A stretch of DNA of 64,000 nucleotides, taken from contig MU058252.1 of the NCBI GenBank assembly GCA_013265495.1, positions 1,336,244 to 1,400,243 of the forward strand. Reading direction: 5' to 3'. The stretch comes from Vicugna vicugna (taxonomy: Eukaryota). The notes beneath the pieces are model-generated. The model saw only the letters and a program-made list of their open reading frames with translations. It did no database searches and was not told where the DNA came from. How positions within the stretch are numbered: position 1 is the stretch's first letter; the number at the start of each line of letters is the position of its first letter. Shown piece after piece: positions 12,771 to 23,495 of the stretch. The position numbers and the translations under genes are program-made.

Positions 12771-14589
12771 ATGTTACATTTAAGAAAAAGAGCAAAGATG
12801 AGCCCTTACAGGAGTATTTGTTTAAAAAAGAAACTATCTTTATAGACAGTGTATATATTCACACTTTGCCACATTTAGCATTGGTTGTCACATTTTACAT
12901 TTCTATAAAGAAACTCTCCGTTACTGGCTTTCAGAAGCCTGGGCAGAGAAGATCACACCAGTTTCTAATGGAGTCTCTAAAATCAAAAAAGGTCAAGAGT
13001 TGTCCACAGTTTTTAGACAACATGATATCTCCTTAGGAACATTTCTCAGCTAAGGTAATGTTGAGGGGGAAATTATGACAGAAAAGCACATAGAATATGT
13101 ATCATAAACCCCACTTATGTAAAACTGTGTAAATCCACAACAGTTTACGAATGCAAGAATGTGTAAAGTAATAATGTTCATCAGAATCTAAACAATGACT
13201 ATCTCTGGGCTTCCAAATGACATTCACTTTCTTTGTATTTTTCCTTTTAAGTGTATAATGAATAATCACTTTTACAAATTCAATCTAGTTGTTTTTTCAA
13301 AAACAAAGTTTTTTTCCTCCAAAACAACCTCCTTTTTAGCTTTAATTATATTTAACTTTCACTGTGATATTTTCCTTTTCCTTCTCACCATCATCTTGTC
13401 TGTGGAATTTTTTTTTCTTTTTTGTGGAAATATTAAAACAATACTCACCAAGCTGTCATGATTCCTGACTGGTATAATTAGTTTCAGAGTTCCTTTTTTT
13501 TCCCCCCCTTTTCCCCTTAGGGGCATCCACCATTAAACGAAGTGAAAACGGGTTTTCCCAAATGAAAATGAATGGTTTTGCTCTGTCATTCCCTCAATCT
13601 TAATAGATATACTCATCACTTCCAGCTGGGGCCCTGCCTAACACCTAAGGAAATGGTACTCATTGGATACCAATCTCTGTCCTTCACTGGTCTCATGTTC
13701 CTGCATCTTTGTGTCCTCAGTACACTGAACATGCCGGGTGCTCATAGATATTTGTTAAATCAAAGAAAAAAAAAGCAATCATTACTCCAGTAGGTGCCAT
13801 ATGAGGAAAGGAGGGAGCAAAGGGAGAAAGGGAGGGTGGAGATGGAAGGAGGAAGGGTGGAAGGAAGGGCTGAGGGGAAGGGCAGGTGGGCCCAACAGTA
13901 CTCCGGCTGGTTTGCTGCTTCCTGGTCACTTTCACGCCTCTGTGTCCCTGTCTATTGTCTGCAGGCTGTCAGCCTCTGTCCCTCCCTTGTCTTGACCTGC
14001 CTTTGCCAGCTCCATGAGATCACTGTCATTGGGAAGAGTTGTCACATGCTGTGCAGCCTCACACATCTGCAACCTGAAAGACAAACAGACCAGCAGATAC
14101 ATTAAGGAACCTGATGAACAGCGCAAGCGGATAAAGAGGGCATAGAGCCCGAGACCGAGGAAGACAGGTAACCAAATGTGGCTGGGATTACAGGGCACAA
14201 GGAAGTAAACAAAGCAGTTTCCCTCTTAAAAACCCGAAAACCAACCACGCAAACAACACAGGAGCCCAGCTTCGCCAGGAATATGAAGTGGGTGGGTGTT
14301 TTCACCTGATTTCCCCTTGTCTTTAAAGTTTAAATGAAACTCTGGTGCTTCCCCTGCACTTCGGTACATGTGTTGCCTCCTCTGCTGGACAACCGGGCCT
14401 GACTTCCGCCTGCCCCAGGGCCTCCCAACTCGTGGTCCATCCTTCTGTGACCTCATTTCCTGCCCTGATTCCATGAGCCACTCTGTGACTTAATTAAGAT
14501 AAGATCTGTTTCAGCTACCAAGCCTCAGAGACCCCAAGGGCCCCCGTTCCTTTCCAGATCAGTTTGGGGGGTGGTCTTAGGGCCAAGCT

Positions 14590-15490
14590 CTCGGCGAGGG
14601 CAACGAGGCCCCGGAGCGCCTGCTTCTCCAGATACCCCGCTGATGGGCATTTGGCTCCTTTTTCCACTGACCCCTTGAGTGGCTTCAAAGATCGGTGTCC
14701 GGGACGCCTCGCTGCTGTTCCTAGCGCGTCTGCGGCCAGGTGGGCCCCGCTCTCCGCCGGCGATGGACAGCAGAGCCTCTTGGGCCCAGGCGCTGCCGGA
14801 GCGGCTTGGGACGCCGGCGGCGGCGGCGAAGGACCTGCTGAGCAGCGTGGCCGCAGCGCACACGTTGGCCAGGGTCCTGCGGCCCTGCTACGGCCCCCAC
14901 GGCCGGCAGAAGCTCCTCGTCACCGCCAAAGGAGAAACCGTGTTCACGGGGTACGCCACGGCCATCCTCCGCGCCCTGGAGCTGGAGCACCCCGCCGCCC
15001 GGCTCCTGCGCGAGGCGGCCCAGACCCAGGCGGAGCAGAGCGGCGACGGCGCGGCCTTCGTGGTGCTCCTGGCCCAGGCCCTGCTGGAGCAGGCGGAGCG
15101 CCTCCTGCGGGCCGGTCTGCCGCGCGCCCAGCTCCGGGAGGCCTACGCCGCGGCGGCCGCCGAGACGCTGGCCCTGCTGCCTTCCCTGGCCATCCGGTCC
15201 CTGGGGCCGCTGGAGGACCCGCTCTGGGCCCTCTACTCGGTGATGAACACGCACGCGCTGCTGCAGACCGACTACCTGAGCAAGATGGTGGCGCATGCGT
15301 GCTGGGCGACCAGGGAGCTGGACGGCGGCTTCCAGCCCGAGCGCGTGGGGGTGTGCGCGCTGCCCGGGGGGAGGCTGGAGGACTCGTGCCTGCTCCCCGG
15401 CCTGGCCCTGCCCGGCAAGCCCTGCGGCCAGGTGACCATGGTGCTGAAGGGCGCCCGGGTGGCTCTCTTGGCTTGCGCCTTTGGCTCCGC
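14590..15490. promoter_or_regulatory. CpG island over the CCT8L leader and the 5' 40% of its CDS
   Basis: Dense CpG and near-total G/C at third codon positions up to ~15461. Confidence 0.75.
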
Positions 15491-16406
15491 CAGTCCAAAT
15501 GCACCTGCAACTGCTCGTCTAACTAATCCTGCTGACCTGACCAAATTCAGGAAAGGGAAAGAGCAATTGCTAGAAAAGCAAGTGGCCCAGCTGGCAGCTG
15601 CGTATATTAATGTGGTGGTGGTTTGGGGGGAAATTGATGAGAAGACCCTAACACACGCTGACAAGTACGGCATCATGGTGATCCAGGTGAACTCCCGGCG
15701 GGAGATGGTTTACCTGAGTGCCGTTTTGGGCACACCTCTGATGCCTTATCTGCTTCCTCCTCTGGAGCCAGGGAAGTGTCAGAGGGTGTACGGGCAGGAG
15801 CTGGTACAAGGTTTGGCTGTGGTGTTTGAGTGGGAATGTCCAGGCACCCCTGCCCTCACCTTGGTCCTCAGGGGGGCCACCACTGAGGGGCTGCGGGGTG
15901 CTGAGCAGGCTGCCTACCATGGCATTGATGCTTACTTCCATTTGTGTCAGGACCCCAGACTGCTTCCGGGAGCTGGGGCCACGGAGATGGCTCTGGCAAA
16001 AATGCTGAGAGAGAGAGGAACCAAATTGGGAGGACCCAGTGGTCCCACCTTCCTGGCATTTGCCCAGGCACTGCAGTCTCTCCCCGAAACCTTGGCAGAG
16101 AATGCAGGCTTAGGCGTCTCAGAGGTGATGGCAGAAATGAACGGAGCTCACCAAGCTGGGAACTTCCTAACAGGAGTGGGAGTCGAAGGGATAATAAATG
16201 TGGCCCAGGAAGAGGTGTGGGACATCCTAATAGCCAAGGCCCAAGGACTTCGAACCGTGGCTGATGTGGTACTACAGCTCCTGACTGTCGATGAAATTGT
16301 AGTAGCCAAGAAAAGTCCCTCGCATCAGCAGGGCTTGAATCCTGATCCTAAGAAGGCAAAGGAACAAGCATCTCCCGTGGGGAAGAAAAGTCCTTGGGGC
16401 CAGTAA
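14763..16406 (+). CDS. CCT8L2: T-complex protein 1 subunit theta-like (CCT8L1/CCT8L2 family), intronless retrogene, 547 aa, ORF intact
   Basis: Uninterrupted ORF from ATG (gcgATGg) to TAA. Chaperonin motifs [59 protein letters not shown] and TVDEIVVAK closely match the CCT8L family. The position next to KMT2C matches the ancestral CCT8L1 locus. Confidence 0.93.
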   Translation: MDSRASWAQALPERLGTPAAAAKDLLSSVAAAHTLARVLRPCYGPHGRQKLLVTAKGETVFTGYATAILRALELEHPAARLLREAAQTQAEQSGDGAAFVVLLAQALLEQAERLLRAGLPRAQLREAYAAAAAETLALLPSLAIRSLGPLEDPLWALYSVMNTHALLQTDYLSKMVAHACWATRELDGGFQPERVGVCALPGGRLEDSCLLPGLALPGKPCGQVTMVLKGARVALLACAFGSASPNAPATARLTNPADLTKFRKGKEQLLEKQVAQLAAAYINVVVVWGEIDEKTLTHADKYGIMVIQVNSRREMVYLSAVLGTPLMPYLLPPLEPGKCQRVYGQELVQGLAVVFEWECPGTPALTLVLRGATTEGLRGAEQAAYHGIDAYFHLCQDPRLLPGAGATEMALAKMLRERGTKLGGPSGPTFLAFAQALQSLPETLAENAGLGVSEVMAEMNGAHQAGNFLTGVGVEGIINVAQEEVWDILIAKAQGLRTVADVVLQLLTVDEIVVAKKSPSHQQGLNPDPKKAKEQASPVGKKSPWGQ

Positions 16407-16419
16407 GTGGCACATCCTC

Positions 16420-16425
16420 AATAAA
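16420..16425 (+). terminator. Polyadenylation signal of CCT8L
   Basis: AATAAA 13 nt after the stop codon, followed by GT/T-rich sequence at ~16465-16510. Confidence 0.7.
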
Positions 16426-17388
16426 ATGGGACTGCCCAGGAGGGCGCCACTACCTCGAAAATGAACGTTTGCCTTCTGTTCCATGTTTGCTGCTCTTTGG
16501 GTCAGTTTCTTTAGATAAAAGCAACATAAAGGACCTTAAAATTTTTACTTGTCTTTTTCATTGATTTTACTTCCTTTCAGATTTTTGCCCTTTTTTCCAT
16601 TTCTTGTTTCTCTCCATCAGATTCTGTTCCTTTCCTCCAGGAAGAGCTGGATTCAGTTCTATTAAAGATTTTTAAATTGAGTACCTGGATTTTAGGGATG
16701 TAAAAAATGTGCAGGTATCTCTTCCCAACCCTTTGAGGGTTCCTGTGTGAATTCTAACATATGTGAATTTCTGTCTAGATGTCTCTTTAACAATCTGAGA
16801 ACATCCATTCCAGCTTGATGGAGTGGCTGCTTATTCCTGCTGTGATTATTTGCAAAAAGAAGGGAAATATTATTTTAAGACAAAATAAATATATAAAAAG
16901 GAGGAGCATGGGCTGGTAGGCAGAAATAATTTTTTTAAAGCATCCCTGGCAGGGATAACAAAAGATAAGAACACACACCTTAGAACAGCACTGCAGTTCT
17001 TGCGTAGGGGAGGAGCACTGGGAGCACCTGGCACCAGGGCGTCCTGGCCAGGCTGTGATTATCAGCGGATTTTAAAGAGGGAGTTTGAGCAGAGCTGGGA
17101 CAAGCGTGTTACCCTAAGCCTTTCCCACATAATCATCCATGTTACCCTGCCTCTGGGAAAAGAGCAGAATATAGAAGCAGAATTGAGGTGATGGGAAGCT
17201 GCAGCCTCTAAGAATCAAAACAAAAAAGCCTGAAGCATTGGAGAGAGATCCAGACTCAAGAAACAACTGTCTTATAGCAGCCAGACTAGCTGCAACAGAG
17301 CAAAACAAGTTTGCAAAGACTCTTTTGAAACTCAGAAGTGAAATCCTACAAGCTGTTAATGAATGAAGTATGGCAGATGAAAATGTAT

Positions 17389-17498
17389 GGGGGAGGGTGT
17401 AGCTCAGTGTGCTTAGCCTGCATGAGGTCCTGGCTCCAGTCCCCAGTACCTCCATTAAATAAATAAACCTAATTACCTCCTCCAAAAACAACAAAAAA
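17389..17498 (+). mobile_element. tRNA-Ala-derived camelid SINE (Vic-1-like), internally deleted
   Basis: ggggagggtgtagctcagtg..cttagcctgcatgaggtcctgg..ccccagtacctcca, then aaataaacctaattacctcc and an A-tail. Imperfect TSD gaaaatgta/gaaattgta. Confidence 0.85.
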
Positions 17499-17708
17499 GA
17501 AATTGTACAGAAGTATACTCATTATTACTAATTTCAGATATAGAAACCATCCTTGATGTGTCTTTCCCTGTTTTGTCTTCATCGTTGTATTTTAGTGACT
17601 ATAACTAAGAGCTTTCATATTTCTCTCCTGCCCTCAGGTGTCCATATTGTTCTCAGAGAGCTTCAAATTCCACAGTCAGAGTGATGATGCTAGATGGTTA
17701 ACTTTCTG

Positions 17709-17828
17709 ATTTTTTTTTTTTTAGGGGGGAAGGTAATTAGGTTCACTTACCTTTTAATGGCAGTACTGAACCCAGGACCTAGTGCATGCTGGGCATGCAC
17801 TCTACCACTGAGCTGGACCCTCCTCACC
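17709..17828 (-). mobile_element. Vic-1-like SINE
   Basis: Poly-T, ggtaattagg, gaacccaggacc, ctctaccactgagct. Confidence 0.85.
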
Positions 17829-19311
17829 ACTGATAGGTAAGTCTTGTTTTTTTTTTTTCCCCTATGGTTAACTTTTTAAAGCAGTTCAAAAGCACTTTAT
17901 ATAAATTTTATTTAATCATTAAAAAACTTATGAGAAGGAAGCTTGTTATCTCTCAGGGGCAGGAGACCCAAGTGAGCTTCAAATTAATTGGTTGACGTTA
18001 CATAGTGAAAAAAGAGGAAAGCCTATTCTCTTATTCATTATTTTATTGCCCCAATCAAATTCCTCTGCTGTGATGTATAAGCCCTGTGATTACGAGGAAT
18101 GTATGTCTCCAAACGCCAAGAGCACAGAAACAAGATCGGGAGAAAACAGGGAAGGAACACAAGAACTGCTGAGTCCTGGGGAGTGAAGAAGAAGGTGCCT
18201 GACTTGGGTCGGGGATGCTGGGGCTGAGTCAGGAGACCCTTCCCGTCCATTGGGGCACCTGTGAGCACAGACACAAGATCGGGACCTACACAAATTCTGG
18301 AGTCCTGAAGGGAAAAAAAAGGCATTGCTTCCGAACTGGGAAAAGACAGAAATGAAAAAGCTGCCAATAGCTTGTTCCAGTCCTCTGTCTCCATGGCCCT
18401 CTTCCCAAGAGGCCTTTCTGAAGCGATACCCTGACAACAGAAGCTTTCTAGGCCTAGAAGTCCGAGGGCCCTTTCGTGCAGAGGCCAAGGAGTAGAGAAA
18501 GCTAAGATTTAAGAGAAAAAACAGAAAACTCCCAAACTGGGACTTCTCAATGGGAGGAAAAAAGAATATTGTGGCTCGGGGACCCAACAATTTTTTGTGA
18601 AGGAACAAAACTAGTTTTAAGAAGACTTGCTCATACCTTGTCAGCAGGACTGACGTAAATCCACAAGTTTGTAGCACCACCCCACCTTCCACCCCTCATT
18701 TCTTCCTGATCCTTTCTGGAATAGTGACCAACTCTTAATGATGCTTCACCACAATGCGAGGGGTGTGATGTTCAGGATTTACGGATGGACTACTTCCCAC
18801 TGAGTTATTGAAAATTTCCCCTTGTGCTCTGTTACCTTGTTAAGGTAACCACCCCAGGGAAAATTGTCCCCCAAGTGCTAAAATGCTAAAATGCTAAACC
18901 GCTAAAACCTGCCCTAGACACAGAGAGCTCAGAATCTCTGTGATTCCAAAAGTAGCCAGCTCTTCTCCCAAAATATCAACCCACTCACCCCCACCACTCT
19001 GCTAAAGATCCCCTCCCTAACTCTGCTAAAGATCCCCTCCCTAACTGGTGAAAGAGATGCTGGTGGGATCTGAGAGGGGCTCAGGAGTGAGATGAGGGAA
19101 AAGGCAGCAGAATCCCTAGGAAAGTTCAGGGGTCTGAACACAGAGGAGATTCTCTACTTCCAGTCAGAAACCTGGAGCTCCTGAGCTCCTGTGCCAACAG
19201 AGTCGAGCAGAAATGACCGTGGGGGACAGGCAGGGAAGAAGGGACCTCACCTGAGAGAGCAGGCAGGGCTCCCTGTGCCCCCAGAAGGAGATCACGAATT
19301 GACTTGTATGC

Positions 19312-19450
19312 GGGGAGGGGATAGCTCAGCCTTAGGGTGCATGCTTAGCCTGCACAAGGTCCTGGGTTCAATCCCCAGTACCTTGATATAAGTAAATAAA
19401 TAAAAACCTAATTACCTCCCTCCAAAAAAAATTAAATTAAAAAAATTTTC
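19312..19450 (+). mobile_element. Vic-1-like SINE
   Basis: ggggaggggatagctcag...gtcctgggttcaatccccagtacc...cctaattacctccc and an A-tail. TSD-like gaattgacttg/gaatttacttg. Confidence 0.88.
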
Positions 19451-20420
19451 TTAAAGAATTTACTTGGTTGAAGTCTGGACTGATCAAGAGAGAAACACGA
19501 AGGGATTAAATTTACCTGGAATTAACTAAATTAAATATCCTACCATCAAATAGAAAGGGAGCTGGAAAAAGAAATACTAACATCATTTAATTATAGAAAC
19601 ACATAGTTCCAACACTCTGAGCTCAGGGCTTGAAAATTCACTTTCTACAAATGTAAAGACTGAATGAGGAATTCAGACACTGTCCTGCACATACCACTAA
19701 TGGAGCCGGCCACTGGTTACCTACCACAGGGCTCAGTGAGAGAGATGCTGGTTAGAGAAACAGTGGTAATATTTTTATAATGCAGCATGTATTTGGGATG
19801 CAATTTTATTCATTAGACAGGTGAAAAACAAAATCATGGCTCTCTGTAAGTCTCAGTAAAGTCACTGAATGCATTAGAAAAGAAAGGTGGATCTCAGTGA
19901 GCTTAGGGAAGATAAGCCTCTCTGAACTTCACTGAATGCACAACAGAAGCATTTTCATATCAAAGTCATTATTAATTTTCAAAAGCATTTTAACCCCTGT
20001 GTATTCTGCCTCCTTGCCCACTGACTCCAGAACCTAGCACTGCAGAGCCCCCACTGTGACGGCTTACCTGAGTTTACCCTCCTGGGAGTATCCCCACTCC
20101 CGACCTGGCCCCAGAAGAGATGACATCCACCAGCCGGTCTTGGTCTTCCCTGGGTAGATGCCCAAGGCCACATGCCTCACATTTCATGCCTACATTCACT
20201 TTGATCAAAAACCTTCTATTTCAATGTTACTAATGTAACTTGTTTACAAAAGGTGTCATAATCCATTGCAGTACTGTTTCACGTGAAAAATCATTTCCAA
20301 AACTACCTGTGGTGTTTCCTACATCAGATTTTTAATTGGAGAAAAATCTACACCTGCCTTAATTCCCCCAAAACTAAGTAAAAAACACATCAAAATATAC
20401 CCAGATATTACTGAAATTGT

Positions 20421-21612
20421 CTTTTTTTTTAAATTGAGGTATAATGGACATAGAACATTGTATTAGTTTTAGGTGTACAACATAATTTGATACATGTATA
20501 TATTGTGAAATGTTCACAATAAGTTTAGTTAACATGTATCATCACATATAGTTACAATTTTTTTTCTTGTGATGAAAACTTTTAAGATCTACTCTCCTAG
20601 TGAACTCAAATGTACAATACGGTATTGTTAGCAGAGTCACCATGCTCTACACTACATCCCAGGACTTAGGTATAACAGGAAACTTATACCTTTTGACCCC
20701 CTTAACTGATTTGGCCCACCCTCCACAAATGCCCCCAATGTCTCCACCTCTGGTAACCACTGATCTGTTCTCTGGATGCTTGAGTTTGTTTCTGTTTTAT
20801 TGTTGGTGCTGTCGTTCCATACATAAGTGGATCACATGGTATTTGTCTTTGTCTTATTTCACTCAGCATACTGCCATCAAGATCCAACCACGTTGTTGCA
20901 AATGGCAGGATTTCCTTCTATTTTATGGCTGAATAATATTCCACTGTGTATACATACTAACTTTTCCTTATCCATTCACCCACTGAAGGACACCCATTGA
21001 AGTCTGCTTCCATGTCTTGGCTACTGTAAATAATGCTACACTGAACCTGGAAGTGCAGACATGTTTTTGAGATACTGATTTAGTATTCTTCTGATAAACC
21101 TGGAAGTAGAATGCCTGGATCATATGGTAGTTCTATTTTTAATTTTTTTCAAATTTTTTTCTTTTTTTTTAATGAGGGGGAGGTAACTGGGTTTATTTAT
21201 TTATATTTGGAGGAGGTACAGGGGATTGAACCCAGGACCTCGTGCACACTAAGCGTGCACTCTACTGCTTGAGCTATACCCTCCCCCCACCCCATTTTTA
21301 ATTTTTTGAGGAAACTCCATACTGTTTTCCATAGTGGTTTCACCAGTTCCACCAACAGTGCACAAGGTTTCCTTTCCTCCACATCCTCACCAACATTTAT
21401 TGTTGTCTTTTTGATAATAGCCATTCTGGCAGGTGTGAGCTGATAGCTCACTTGGTTTTGATCTACCTTTCTCTCATGATTAGTGATGCTGAGCGCCTTT
21501 TCACGAACCTGTTGGTCTTTGTATGCCTTTGAAAAAATGTCTGTTTAGATCCTCTGCCACTTTAAAATTGGATTGTTTGGAGTTTTTTTTGCTATTGAGT
21601 TGTATGCGTTCT
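20421..21612 (-). mobile_element. L1 LINE 3' fragment (ORF2 end + 3' UTR), interrupted by a SINE
   Basis: Poly-T start and L1 hallmarks (ggatcatatggtagttctatttttaattttttgaggaaactccatactgttttccatagtgg; ttgataatagccattctg). Confidence 0.88.
21148..21293 (-). mobile_element. Vic-1-like SINE inserted into L1
   Basis: ggggattgaacccaggacctcgtgcacactaagc...gagctataccctcccc, flanked by duplicated atttttaatttttt. Confidence 0.9.
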
Positions 21613-22396
21613 TCACTGGAATTTAAAATCTTTATTCAGCTGTTCAGCATCACACCACACAGGTCCAGTCCATAGAGACGGATGTGCTAATACCACAGTT
21701 GGAAGGTAAGCTTTCCTATTTCTGTGTAAATTTTTATTTTGCCCTGTGCTATGGTAGGCTCTATGGAGGAGAGACTGAGGCTATCACTAATGATTTCAAA
21801 TATAAAAGTAGTAATGTTATAAATATTTATTCAGCGAACCTATTCCTTTAACATTTTACTTCACTTTCTATTATATTACAAATTCCTGAGGCACAATTGC
21901 TTTTCTCCTCCTTCCCACATTTTATTTTTTGTGTTTTTTCCCCCACTGGTTTATTTCATACCCTAATCGTGTATTTCTCACCCTTTTATTTCTTTGCCCA
22001 GGGTTTCTACTTCTCCATCAATTTCTACGGGCTCTCATTACCATGAGTAATTAATCTTCTTTGCCTTTTATTTCATCTATGGCTTCTTGAAAGGCCAGCT
22101 CTGCCTTATTCTTCTCCATCTTGGGTAAGTCTATTTTTCCTGGCAGTTTCAAAAAGATCATCCCCTGTTTTCTCCCCAGGATTGCCTTTTCATAAATTAA
22201 ATTTCTCTTCTTTCATTTTTTATTCACTCTCTACTGATCTCTTCAGCTTTTTACTTTCATAAAGTTTTCCCTCTTCTTTTGTCTACTGTACCCTCATAAA
22301 CTCTTATTTTGGACTTATCCAAATAATAAGTTTCTAGAAGTACTGAGAGTTGAAAATTTCCTCTCATTCTGCATAATCAACGGTGGAGAGTTCTAA

Positions 22397-22533
22397 TTTT
22401 TTTTAAATCTTTTTTGGGTGCAGAGGTAATTAGGTTTATTGATGTATTTATTTAATGGAGGTACTGGGGCTTGAACCCAGGACCTCGTGCATGCTAGGCA
22501 TACACTCTACCACTGGCCTATACCCTCCTTCCC
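22397..22533 (-). mobile_element. Vic-1-like SINE
   Basis: gaggtaattaggtttatt...tggaggtactggggcttgaacccaggacctcgtgcatgctagg...tataccctcc. Confidence 0.88.
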
Positions 22534-22899
22534 TTCAAGATACATGTTTTAACATTAAAAAAATTTTTTTAAACAGCAGAGAGTTCTAGAAGTAAATGCA
22601 GCTATTTATATTTCAAGTAAGTGTGGGGTATAGTTGGATTTATTATGGCAATTTGCACATTTAGGAAGTGCCACCCCAGTGTTAAGAAAGATCCAGATAT
22701 CAGAATTTAACTTGGCCAACAGGCAAGGAATCTCCATCAGGCAAATCTGCCACTTAGAAATATTAAGAAGTAGAATGGAAGTCAGCTGGGAAAGACCAGG
22801 GTCACATGCTTCCATTGCTACCAACACATGGCACATGGTAGATGGTCAGCATATTGAATGAGTGAATGAATGAATGAAGCCATCTGGAAATCTCACAGG

Positions 22900-23232
22900 A
22901 TGGTGTGGGACTGTGTAAATACCGCACTCAGATCTGCTGCAGGGAGAGTAATTGACTGTCTCAGCCACTGTCCTTAGAATCCACCACTACACTCCTCAGA
23001 AGGGAACTTGGGCTCCAGCACTCTGGCCAGCCTGGCCAAAGACATCTCAAAGCCGCACTGGAGTCAGAGAACTGCCTCCCTACTCAGCCTGCTGGCCTCC
23101 CTTTTCCCCAGGGGCCAGATCTCCCGGCCTCCTCCAACTTTCTCCTTTCTTCCTTCATAGATTTCCTCCTATAAACCTCTTGCATGACAATCCTGTCTTG
23201 GCATCTGTTTTGCAGAAGACCTAACCCAGATG
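22900..23232. mobile_element. Old ERVL-class LTR fragment (LTR16-like)
   Basis: 3' part ataaacctcttgca..atcctgtcttggcatctg..agaagacctaa resembles LTR16-type ends. Confidence 0.5.
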
Positions 23233-23472
23233 GTGAGGTAGGGTTACAAGATCACCCTGAAACAGGATGCCTCCTCCTTGCACTAGATTTGTCCTCCCAA
23301 GTGAGTGACCCACCTTTTCTCAAAAGTCATTCAAGGAGAGATAACTTCAATTTATAACCAACTACCACACCCAGGCTCCCACCCTAAAAGCCACTCCCTG
23401 CACCACTCCCCAAGGGTAGAGCAGTGCCACACCTGAACCGAAGCCTTACACCTTCCCCGCTTCACCCTAGGA

Positions 23473-23495
23473 ACACACACACACACACACACACA
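23473..23495. repeat. (CA)n microsatellite
   Basis: Directly visible. Confidence 0.9.

Noticed and set aside
14679..14762. GTG start giving a 575-aa CCT8L
   Set aside because: Eukaryotic gene; the ATG at 14763 has good Kozak context and matches the family N-terminus (MDS...).
14525..15941. Alternative-frame and antisense ORFs overlapping CCT8L
   Set aside because: Shadows of the extreme GC3 bias of the real CDS.
18090..18692. 200-aa minus-strand ORF
   Set aside because: Non-ATG start, no domain, no splice context; lies in a probably repeat-derived segment.
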